Positions 22,636 to 32,000 of a stretch of DNA of 32,000 nucleotides are shown here, in pieces. Under the pieces are notes generated by a model, which ran no database searches, had not been told where the DNA came from, and saw only the letters and a program-made list of their open reading frames with translations. The translations under genes were made by a program, and so were the position numbers. Numbering within the stretch: position 1 is the first letter of the stretch; every line of letters begins with the position of its first letter. Source of the DNA: Wallemia ichthyophaga EXF-994. Its lineage: Eukaryota > Fungi > Basidiomycota. The stretch lies in assembly GCF_000400465.1 (NCBI RefSeq), contig NW_008806280.1, positions 150,001 to 182,000 on the forward strand, in the 5' to 3' direction.

Positions 22636-22645
22636 TAAACTCCAA

Positions 22646-24023
22646 TCAAATGGCATTCCTAATCGATTCAGCGACCGGGGAGAGTGGTTGACTGGTAAAA
22701 TTTTGTTGGTAGGCTTGTTGATGGTGGTGTGGTTGGTGTTGTGGTTGATATTGTTGCTGGTGTTGTTGCTGGTGATTTTGCTGCTGCTGCCCACTCTGCC
22801 CACTCGTTACACTCGGATCAAGCGTAATTAACTCATCTTTAATCGCCTGTCTTGCAATCTCGTTGAGGTCTTTGGTCAGTGTCATGAGAATTTTCTTCAG
22901 TTTACCCTCAGCCTTCCAAATTAGATCGAGTGAGTGTATTGGGAGATCTGACTTGAGTGTAGATGTGCTGTTATTGCGTTTAATGCTCTGCGGATGAGTA
23001 TCTGAGAAAGACATGGACATTGACATGGACATGGGTGCTGTGAGGCTGTTGTGCTGAGATGTTTGCGCAGAAGCCTGACTTTGCAGTGATGCTGATGATG
23101 GCTGTGTTGATAGTTGGGGGAGTTGAGGTGGAGGCGATGAGGCTGTATTCGTTGGTGATAGACTGAATGTGTTTGCTGTGTTAGGACCATGACTATGACT
23201 ATTCACCGTCGATAATGGCGATAGTGGACTTGACATTGCAGGACTTGTTGAGTAGGGATTGCTGCTATTGTTCACCACATTCGACCCTAGTGTTGAAGAT
23301 ATTTTGCAATAGATCTGTACCAAGATATCACACAGTGAGTAAATGACTTCAAAGTAAGACAGCTGGAAGGGTATATTAGGGTTAGTGAGGTATGTAATAT
23401 CAGAGGTATCGCTATTTGCTGTTGGACGTTTAGAGTGCTTTGTCTTGAACAAATTTTTGATCTTTGGTTTATAATTGTCATCGTCTAGATTATCATATTC
23501 AGAGAGAGTAGCTGCGAGACTCTTGATAAAGTCAGCTGGCTGGTTGTTATCAAGGTGGTAGCTGAGTGAGAGGCCAAGAACGAGAAATTTGTGTGTTCTG
23601 TGGATGTATTTAAGAAATGTAACCTAATAAAAAGATAAACGCACCTCTTTGACATTTTGTAGTCGTCCAAAGATGGTTCTAGGTCTGATCTAGAGAGTAA
23701 TACCGTATTAAACCAGTGTAAACGGCTGTATAAGCTATTAAACCAAGAGCACTTCATCTAGCACACCAAACTTACCCCTCATACGCCATTCTCATCAGCT
23801 TAAACGACTTGATACGCTTAACCATCGTATCATTGAGCAAATCAATGCCATCTGCATCTGAGGAACTGATAGCGATATTCTCCACTGGATCGCTGTTCTG
23901 CCTGGAGCGAGAAGAAGATGCGGATGTGCCGAGTGTAGATAGCAAATTGGATGCAGAAGACTTTCTCCGGATACCTTCACGTCTGCTAATTGGAGTTGAG
24001 TCGTTGTGAAAGAGTGTTTCCAT
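22646..24023 (-). CDS. Conserved fungal protein of unknown function, about 426 aa
   Basis: Introns 23726-23775 and 23598-23644 join the frames into MRMAYEGRLHWFNTVLLSR...THKFLVLGLSL...PNIPFQLSYFEVIYSLCDILVQIY...KLKKILMTLTKDLNEIARQAIKDEL. From memory these blocks resemble uncharacterised fungal proteins; no search was run. Confidence 0.8.
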
Positions 24024-24138
24024 TATTTAGAGATTTTATGATTTTACTTGAAATTAAAAGAGTTGCTTGAAATTTACTAGAGTTGGTTTGAATTAATAGA
24101 GTTTAGCCGTTGGTGGTCTTGGTCGATGAGTAATTCCC

Positions 24139-25319
24139 ATGACGGAGTTTTCGAGTAAATGGAGTGAGCTATCGAATCAGTTGAAGGAGTTAGACGGTGT
24201 ATTTGGCTGTGAGTGGAGTTTTATGCTACAGACACAGCACCTCACCTCACTCACCCAGCACCTACAGCACACGCCAATTCACCGACGACAAGCTACCTAA
24301 ATGAATCTGAAATGGATATATTTGGCTCATTCCCTCTTTCATCCATCAACGATGATGATGATGCGCTTAAAGTGGTTAATTGCACTGAATGTGCGAGACC
24401 AGTCCAGAAGTCTGCGTTACAAGTACATTTGATTAACTGTGCTCAAATGAAACAAATATCGCAGCAAAACACAGCTATAAACACAACTACGAAGAGATCT
24501 AAAATTAAGAAGGAAGATACACCAACTCGGACACCTACACCTTCTGCAGAGAGCACACACAGCACAAACAACAGAAAGAGAAGACTGAGTGATGTCTCAC
24601 AGCAATCCACAACTTTGTCCGCATCCCCTCAAAAGAAGAGTCGCAAATTAGACGTCGATAAGCCGAAGAATAAGGCAGCCAACAACAAAGACAAAGAGAA
24701 GGACAAGGAGAAAGAGAAAGGCAAGAAGGACAAGGATGAGGGGCCAATAGACTTAGACAGTCAATGTGGCGTGATCAACGCCAAAGGTACGCCTTGTTCA
24801 CGTAGCTTGACTTGCAAAACCCACCCTATGGGCGCTAAAAGGGCGGTTGAGGGGCGTACTAAGCCATATGACGTGCTTACGTATGAGTTTGAACTAAAGC
24901 GTAAACCTGAATTGGCTGAGAAGCCATTACCCAAGGCTGTCACGCAGTTTGAGGCGGATAGGGCGGCGAATGGGAGGAAGAAAACTGGACAATCGGAGCA
25001 CACAGCGCAAACAACCACGTCCGCTCACGCTCCTATTACGCCCACAATCACACCTCGCTTACAACCACCTCACCCACCACCTATGCCTCCCAAACCAACA
25101 ATAGTGGAGAAGCCAGTTGGCGTTACATCGTGGGATGATTTCAGCAAATATGATGAACCGTTGCTGCCCGCTTCAGGAATTGAGCTCGAGTTGGAAGTCA
25201 CCAAGATACGCGCTGCCACGACTAGCCACCGCGCGCGTCCACTCGCAGCACCTGCTAATAGAATGGCGGGACTGGTGAAGAAAAGAGCGACACTCGGAAG
25301 ATGTCTGATGAAATGTTGA
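24139..25319 (+). CDS. SGF73: SAGA deubiquitination-module subunit Sgf73/ataxin-7, about 376 aa
   Basis: Exon 1 24139-24208, intron 24209-24258. N-terminal Zn finger CTEC...HLINC and SCA7 domain DLDSQCGVIN...PCSRSLTCKTHPMGAKRAVEGRTKPYD. Confidence 0.9.
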
Positions 25320-25378
25320 AATAGAAAATATTTAAAACAGTGTACTTTTACTTGTAATCTAACGTCATCTACCACCTA

Positions 25379-25822
25379 ATGCAGCAAAAGAGGCATAAGA
25401 ATGACGATGGAGAGGAATTGAGGCCGCAGAAGCGTAAAAGGGAGGGAATGCTAGAAAGATCGCTTTCTAATTTGCAGTTGGAGAATGTTGGAGAGAATGA
25501 GAACAAGGATATTGAAATGACAAAATCCGGGAGCTATGAGGCGGATAAGAATAGAATAGTAGTCTACGATATTGATGAATATCAAAGTGACAATGAGGGC
25601 GTGGGTGATGATAATCATGCTGATAATCAACCCAAATACAAGCTACCGAAGCTTTTATCCAATACTCACGATATTATGTACAAAAGCATGTGGCAGCAGA
25701 GAAAACAAGGGGAAGGAGAGAAGCAACTTGTTTTGTATAAGCCATTGCACATACCCACGCAAGGCACGCAAGAGACGCAAGGGACTGCGACTGATACAGA
25801 TGCAGTGGCCATGGAACAATGA
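25379..25822 (+). CDS. Small, mostly disordered hypothetical protein, 147 aa
   Basis: Intact ATG ORF with NLS-like RPQKRKRE, an RIVVYDIDEY block and a C-terminal QLVLYKPL motif. Confidence 0.7.
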   Translation: MQQKRHKNDDGEELRPQKRKREGMLERSLSNLQLENVGENENKDIEMTKSGSYEADKNRIVVYDIDEYQSDNEGVGDDNHADNQPKYKLPKLLSNTHDIMYKSMWQQRKQGEGEKQLVLYKPLHIPTQGTQETQGTATDTDAVAMEQ

Positions 25823-25862
25823 GTATCTGAGTATCTGAATATATTCAAATGCATCTATATAT

Positions 25863-26756
25863 TTACCTGCTCATATCAAAATTCCTAATATCACAAACTT
25901 TACCAAATGTGTCTAGCTCTTGACGGAGAATATCCGTGATTTGTTTACGTGTTTCAATTTCATCGCCTTGTCCATTTCTAAGACTATTTAGGAGAGGATC
26001 TACCGTGTACTGAATAGGATCGCCCACATCCACCGTAATATCAGCGTTGAATGACGGAATAGCCGTATAAGGTCTACCATCGACAAACACGTCATTGAAC
26101 CCGGTGAGATGTATAGGGAGGATGGTGGGTGTATGCTCTGTGAGCGTGAGTACTCTACCCACGCCCCACCTGAATGGCCGCAGCGGTGAGGGTGTTATGT
26201 GTGGATTGAAATTGGGTGGAGGAACGTTAATCCTGCCTTCGGGGAACATGGACACCTGGTGAAACTCAATCAAGATATGCAACAGAGGCAGTCTATCCAC
26301 CCACCCACTTGGCTTCATCGAGCAACTGGGCCGCATGAGACACGGCAGATTGATCCACACCACTCCCTCTATACGTTTCAAGCACCTGTCCAGCTTGGAA
26401 GAAGGTCCGGAAGAGAGCATTGGTGAATATTACATCGGACGCGCCTAAAGTCCACCGCCTCCATTTCGGTTTGACGAGTGTGGATAGTGGAAGTATAGCT
26501 GGCCATAGTGGATCTTCTCCGCTGTCAAGTAGTTATTAGAGGCAATTAGGAGCACACTTGGCACCCACACTGCTCTGTGATTCGTTATCGTCAATACACC
26601 GCGATCACTCGATAGCGCTGCGTTGAGCTTGTCTGCCCCTCGCACACGCAGCGATCTAGTGCCATAGCGGTAGAAGAGCTTGGCTAGGCTGCTCACTGTG
26701 AGCATTATTGGGAGTGTTAGTCTGCTGCTCGGTGGTTTTGTTGCGTATTTCATCAT
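25863..26756 (-). CDS. TAZ1: Tafazzin-like phospholipid transacylase, about 265 aa, with degenerate motifs
   Basis: Introns 26522-26568 and 26256-26304 give [58 protein letters not shown] and ILPIHLTGF. Confidence 0.88.
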
Positions 26757-26788
26757 TCTATACGACGTCTTCCTTGTTCAGGACAAGC

Positions 26789-27865
26789 ATGGCTACACAC
26801 ACGCAGACTGAAAATAGACAGCCTACGTCTATCATATTGCTGGGAATGGCTGGCAGTGGCAAATCCACCGTTCTCCAACGCCTCAACAGCTACCTTCACG
26901 CACAGAACGATGCACCATACGTAATAAACCTTGATCCAGCAGTGCGAGAACTTAACTACTCGGCGAATATCGATATAAGAGATACAGTAGACTACTCTAA
27001 AGTTATGAAGCAGTATAATTTGGGTCCCAATGGCGGTATCATCACGTCACTCAATCTATTCACAACAAAGTTTGATCAGGTGCTGGGATTGATAGAGAAG
27101 CGTAAAAACAGCGTCAACAACATTCTCATTGATACGCCTGGTCAGATTGAAATATTTACCTGGTCTGCATCCGGTGCGATAATCACAGACGCTATAGCTT
27201 CAGAGGTGCCGACGGTGATTGGGTTTGTTGTGGACACCCCACGCACAATGGCGCCAGCGACTTTCATGTCTAACATGCTTTACGCTTGTTCAATTCTTTA
27301 CAAAACTCGCCTTCCACTGCTTCTGATATTCAACAAGACAGATGTACAGGATTGCTCGTTTGCGAATGAGTGGATGACTGACTTTGAGTCATTCCAGGCT
27401 GCGTTGAGCAGTAGGAGCGCTACCTCCACCCACGCCTCCACCAACCAGAACGAAGAACCTAGCTATATGAACTCGCTGATGAACTCGATGAGCTTGGTGT
27501 TGGAAGAGTTTTACGCTAATATTCGATCTGTTGGCGTCAGCGCTATGACGGGAGATGGTATGCCTGAATTCTTTGACGCTGTGGACAAGTGCAGAGGTGA
27601 TTACTACAGCGACTATAAACCAGAACTCGACAGATTGCGCAAGGAGAGAGAGGAGAAGAGCGAGGCTAGCAAGCAGGATAGCATAGATAGGCTGATGAAA
27701 GATATGAAGACGGGTGGTGAGGAAGAGCAACCCATCGAATCTGATGCCAGTGAGGAAGAAGGCGAAACGTTAGATGCACAGGATATGAAAGAGAGAAGGG
27801 GTATGAATGCTACAGCTAACGACGTAGCTAATGATGATGGTACAAGCTGGCCTACAAACCGATAA
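26789..27865 (+). CDS. NPA3: GPN-loop GTPase 1 (Npa3/XAB1), 358 aa
   Basis: GMAGSGKS P-loop, INLDPAV, LGPNGGI loop, [21 protein letters not shown] and FNKTD. True start probably ATG 26789. Confidence 0.95.
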   Translation: MATHTQTENRQPTSIILLGMAGSGKSTVLQRLNSYLHAQNDAPYVINLDPAVRELNYSANIDIRDTVDYSKVMKQYNLGPNGGIITSLNLFTTKFDQVLGLIEKRKNSVNNILIDTPGQIEIFTWSASGAIITDAIASEVPTVIGFVVDTPRTMAPATFMSNMLYACSILYKTRLPLLLIFNKTDVQDCSFANEWMTDFESFQAALSSRSATSTHASTNQNEEPSYMNSLMNSMSLVLEEFYANIRSVGVSAMTGDGMPEFFDAVDKCRGDYYSDYKPELDRLRKEREEKSEASKQDSIDRLMKDMKTGGEEEQPIESDASEEEGETLDAQDMKERRGMNATANDVANDDGTSWPTNR

Positions 27866-28292
27866 TTGAAATGCATTTGCTATTTATTCTCGATATCCCT
27901 CTCACGTCAGCTGCGATTAGCCTATTGATATTGTACGATTGCGTGGTGTAGATTGAGTGCGCAATATCCAACTTGTCGTTGTCGACAAGATATTGCAATA
28001 ATTGGGGCAATTTAACTATCTGCTCTAGCAACACGGATTGCTTCAAATTGGTGGTGTCCTCAACATTCCCAATCAGTGCTAGTCGATCGCGTAAAGAGCT
28101 GGTAATTGGACTGAGCTCCTCTAAAGACGTCTTCATCACGGTCATATTATCAGAGGACTGTATCAGCTCGTAGTGATGATCGAAAATGAGCTGCTGGCGG
28201 GAATTCTCGAGCTGACGAATTGATTTATTAAGGCTATTCGATAGGCTGATGAGATCTTTTAAATTTAATTCTGACTTGTCGTTCACGGACAT
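27852..28292 (-). CDS. VPS51: Short Vps51-like GARP subunit, about 146 aa
   Basis: [44 protein letters not shown] resembles the Vps51/Vps67 N-terminal coiled-coil (L..LVYxNYxxLI pattern). Start taken at ATG 28292. Confidence 0.7.
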   Translation of the reverse strand: MSVNDKSELNLKDLISLSNSLNKSIRQLENSRQQLIFDHHYELIQSSDNMTVMKTSLEELSPITSSLRDRLALIGNVEDTTNLKQSVLLEQIVKLPQLLQYLVDNDKLDIAHSIYTTQSYNINRLIAADVRGISRINSKCISIIGL

Positions 28293-28324
28293 TTGGAGGT
28301 TTCCTGTATCAAACAAGGACAACC

Positions 28325-28766
28325 ATGGTGTGTATTTACATTGAATATTCAGTGGATTCATTAAAATTCTTATTCTTATCAACAGCTCCCACTCACTCTA
28401 CTCAACGCTGCACAGAATAAGCCACTGCTGGTTGAGTTGAAATCAGGCGAAACTTTCAACGGCCATTTGATAGCCTGTGACAACTACATGAATCTCACAC
28501 TCAAGCAAGTCTTTCAAACCAGTCCAGATGGCGATGTTTTCTACAAAATTCCTGAGTGTTACATACGCGGTAATACCATCAAGTACATTAGAGTGGCCGA
28601 CGAGCTCCTTGATCAGATAAAGGCGACACAGGACAGGGACAGAGAGCAGTTCAAGAGTCAGAGAGGTTCCAACGACAGAAGCGATAGAGGTAGGGGTAGA
28701 GGCGGTAGAGGCGGTAGAGGCAGAGGCAGAGCTAGAGGTAGAGGATCACATAACAATAACCAGTAA
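28325..28766 (+). CDS. LSM4: U6 snRNA-associated Sm-like protein Lsm4, 127 aa
   Basis: ATG followed by intron 28328-28385, then [28 protein letters not shown]...DNYMNLTL...[13 protein letters not shown] and an RG-rich tail. Confidence 0.95.
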
Positions 28767-28791
28767 CAGCACTAACAAAGTCATTTATATT

Positions 28792-29628
28792 CTACCCTAC
28801 CATACTCTTCTTGCGCCCACGAAGCCTGACATCATGTAACTTGATATTCACCTTGTTCCACTCGGCATCACCTACTCTGCGTGCATAGCTGTTGAGCAGC
28901 GTTGTGTACTCTGCTTCAAACGCCGGGTGTGTGCTTCCAAACGCCCTCTCGAGAACATAGAGATCAACAGCCCTATCTTCTGCGCTGGTGTAGTGCGTGA
29001 TAGGTTTGAGGGATGACAATCCAAAGTCTATGATATACACAGCATTCGGATGGTGTTTAAGGATGAGGTTCGATGTGCTATTCATGTGCATTAGCTGGTT
29101 ACTTAATTGTTCAAACCACCCACGTTAAATCACCGTGTATAATCCCCGACAGATGCAATACAGCTATCTGTTCACCGACAAGCTGCATAAGCGTGTCTCT
29201 GTCAATACCTACACTCTTCATATCCAGTCTCATCCCGTCATCAGCTTTCACTTGGCCTTCGGCTTTACTCCCCAGCCACTCCCGCACACTGTATCCATCC
29301 AGCCACTCCATAGCCACCATTCCATCACGACTATCTGTGAACACCACTCGCGGCACCTGCACACCCAGCGATTCTGCTCTGTTCAGCGCCTTCACCTCCG
29401 ATTGTATCCTTTGCTTATTTAAACTTCTATCCAGTGTCGCATGTCGGTATTTCTTCGGGAAGCGCCACTTGAGTATCATTGAACGCTCCTGCGATTGGCT
29501 CAAATACACCCTCTGCCGAACTGCTTAGATTGTCGCTCTATTTATACACTCCAACTAACCGCCTCCGCTCCTTGCTTTATCAGCTGCGATTCGCCCCGAA
29601 GCTCCTCGCTCGTCCTCGTATTCGCCAT
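28792..29628 (-). CDS. BUD32: KEOPS complex kinase Bud32/PRPK, about 247 aa
   Basis: LIKQGAEA|RVY, ILKWRFPKKYRH, IHGDLT|TSNLIL, IDFGL, EDRAVDLYVLERAF and VRLRGRKKSMVG*. Introns 29513-29559 and 29078-29123. Confidence 0.95.
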
Positions 29629-31073
29629 CACCGTTTCTATCAAGGAGTATATTAGTCGAGAGTTATTCCTCACGCTGATAAACTACACGCGAATATACTC
29701 TTTATCTGTCTCAAATATCCTTGTGATAGTGTTCTGCAACCTTCTACACTCGCATGGCCAATTGTGGCATGACGCAGGGTATGTGTATCGATTATAGGGC
29801 AAGCCCTGAGTTACAAAAGCCATTGAAAACCATTGCCTCCTCAAAACATCTTTATGATTGCTTGGATCTTTAGATGTCCATCACATTACGATACTATTCC
29901 TTGAGATGCTAGGATTAATCTCAGCGACCGTTTTATAGGGTTTTGTCAGCCCAGCTGTTTTGTCGTGGCTTTAAACCTAAGCACAGCAAACGCTCCCAAA
30001 CTTGTGTGTTGCACAAATAATAAATCAACACTGATTCACAGTACTCACTACTATACTCTTTTTGAGGCCATGGTAAAGAAGCAAATGTGTTGAATGGAGC
30101 GTGTTTATTTGACTGGAAAATTTTCAAGTTTCACCATGACCGTTCCACGTGGTCCACATGTTTGTGTCACCAAACATACATACTATCTTCAGCTCTGCAG
30201 CTCTAACTAATTTTCAATTACTCTTTCAACCCCATTATTTTAAACTTTGAAATGCACCTTGTCTACCCAAACCCCCGATTTCACAGTTTTGATGACCCCC
30301 ACTTCTCTATAGCTAGTTCTCTTCTTCAAATTATAAAGTGAGGCGAAATCGCAATAACAGTTCCCTTGTGCCATGTTCGAGTCCTGTAGACGCCACGCAT
30401 GTAAACCGTTTGTCGCAGATATTGAGCCGAATAACTGATATTTTTAGGTATTTGTAGTATCCAAAATGCATAATGCTTTGGATTCATCTATTAAGCGCGT
30501 TAAATCCTCTGTATCTATCATACAGGTGCTTCAGAGTGATTTCGGACCATTGCTTCCGACCAGCGTGTAGGGCGCAAGTCGGAGCTCCAGGGATCTAACT
30601 CTGACAAAATCATACTCATCTAATCCAGAGCAACCAAGGAACCTCTTTTATTTGGAGATCGTCAAAAGTCGTAAATCACCATCTAAGATGGTGGATATTG
30701 AGCGTAGGGTTGAGATGAGGACTTACTTGAAATGCTGAAATTGTCATACTAATGATGGTCTTGCTAGACTGTTCAAATTGGCAATAAATGGTATCCTTGC
30801 GTTCACCTTCTCACTTTATTGGCTATTTGTAGGTTGAGCTGAGCATATTCAATGAAATGGATAGAGCTGCACTATCTATAAAATTCTAAAGAGCTGTAGC
30901 ACACATTCAAACCCGTCTGCTATCCTTTGAAATCGGTGATTTAAGTCGCAGATAAAGTATTTCCGCATCACAAAGAGGGCAGAGTTGTTGAAATGAGTTC
31001 ATACATTTGAAGATAACTCGTTAAAGCAAATAAACATGAGACATTAAAAAACTGGTTAGACAGTACATGTAAG

Positions 31074-32000
31074 TCACACATATCTTCTCCCTTCTTGCAG
31101 CTTGCTAATGATGGTGGGATGTTCATATTTCCAATATGATCCATCTGGGTAAGTATATTTTTCGATCGATTCCTGATGCATTTCGATGCTATTGTGGGAA
31201 TGTGAGACTAGCAATGGGAATCCAAAACAACCCACCTATATCCACAACTTTTGTCCAGAGGTGCATTATATCTGCCATGTGAATTGACGCTTACCGGATA
31301 CTTGAAGTGTTCGTGTAGATGGTCGACCCACTCGACAACGTTGCGATCGAATGTGGGTGCTATGGAAATGAAATCGATCATGGACAAGTGAACAACGTAT
31401 TCACACAACCCGACACCACCAGCATGAGGACATACTTGAGAGTATTGAGTGTTAGTGAAGTGCGAGATTGAGGCTGAAACGATTTTGCCTACCTGGTACA
31501 CCGAACTTGGCAGCCAACAGCATCACTGCTAGGCATTCATTAACTCCAGCGAGACGACATGCATCTATTTGGAGAACATCTATAGCTCCTGCTTGAAGAA
31601 GCTGCTTGAATAGAACCCTGTTTGCGCAGTGTTCTCCAGTAGCTACTCCGATTCCGATATCTTTCAACCCTTTGCGTATTCTAGCATGACCCAAGACATC
31701 ATCAGGCATTGTGGGTTCTTCAATGAACCATGGTTTACATTGCTCGAGTTTCTTGACGTACGCTATAGCCTCTTCGACATCCCAAACTTGGTTTGCATCA
31801 ATCATTAAGACGTTGCCTGTGAATCAACGTGAGCAGGATAGACCAATTGCTTCTCAACTCACCAGTGGGACCTGCATTCTTCCCTTCAATAGTCTTAGCG
31901 TGTACCCGCTTATCCTTGTTCTGATACTGAGGATCGTCGATGATATCTCTGATCACCTTGGCTCGAGCCAAGTCATCATCCACTGAAACGCCGACTTTAA
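31074..32000 (-). CDS. Enolase-superfamily acid-sugar dehydratase (ENOSF1/L-fuconate or L-galactonate dehydratase-like); 5' end beyond window
   Basis: [66 protein letters not shown] and [10 protein letters not shown]. Introns 31817-31862, 31435-31492 and 31189-31235. Stop TGA at 31076-31074. Confidence 0.93.

Noticed and set aside
29933-30127. 64-aa minus-strand ORF as a standalone gene
   Set aside because: It has a TTG start, no recognisable motif and an intron-like element inside it. Kept only as part of the unexplained-gap finding.
30677-30693. Inverted repeat CACCATCT-A-AGATGGTG
   Set aside because: About one 8-bp-arm palindrome is expected by chance in 32 kb, and it has no flanking element structure.
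1-32000. Prokaryotic-type systems (operons, CRISPR, defence islands, IS elements), rRNA or intact tRNA genes
   Set aside because: The genes are intron-containing eukaryotic housekeeping genes. I saw no repeat-spacer array, transposase or RT motifs, terminal repeats, or complete cloverleaf.
11710-32000. Fucose/acid-sugar catabolic cluster linking the FucP-like MFS and the ENOSF1-like dehydratase
   Set aside because: They are about 18 kb apart with many unrelated housekeeping genes between them, and the MFS subfamily call is weak.

Overview
Eukaryotic window: an extremely gene-dense fungal chromosome segment with very short spliceosomal introns (GT-AG, 42-60 nt). A compact basidiomycete such as Wallemia is my inference from intron size, density and protein style; it is not proven. 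Splicing by hand gives about 24 protein-coding genes, in order: MAK21/NOC1 (cut by the left edge), KIN17/RTS2, GCV2, CRC1, Ran/GSP1, a single-pass TM + SH3 protein, a weak orphan membrane-protein candidate, an MFS transporter, a secreted GH31 alpha-glucosidase, a spliced 62-aa micro-ORF missing from the ORF track, casein kinase I, FAM50/XAP5, cysteinyl-tRNA synthetase, an orphan TPR-like ORF, a conserved fungal protein of unknown function, SGF73, a small hypothetical protein, a divergent tafazzin, GPN1/NPA3, short VPS51, LSM4, BUD32 and an ENOSF1-like dehydratase (cut by the right edge). I found no rRNA, intact tRNA, CRISPR array or recognisable transposon. The most unusual signals are as follows. 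(1) Head-to-head genes have start codons only 32, 32, 52 and 62 nt apart, and the three tightest pairs share GACAAnnATG. (2) An 11-gene, 10.6-kb block has under 500 nt of total intergenic DNA and includes a convergent CDS overlap. (3) The tafazzin HX4D motif reads HX4E. (4) There is a hidden spliced microprotein with two RRxS motifs. (5) There is an ectodomain-less TM-SH3 protein with a His-Asp tract. (6) An unexplained 1.45-kb gap carries intron-like elements and a Pol III B-box-like motif. All exon boundaries were inferred by eye and need RNA-seq confirmation.
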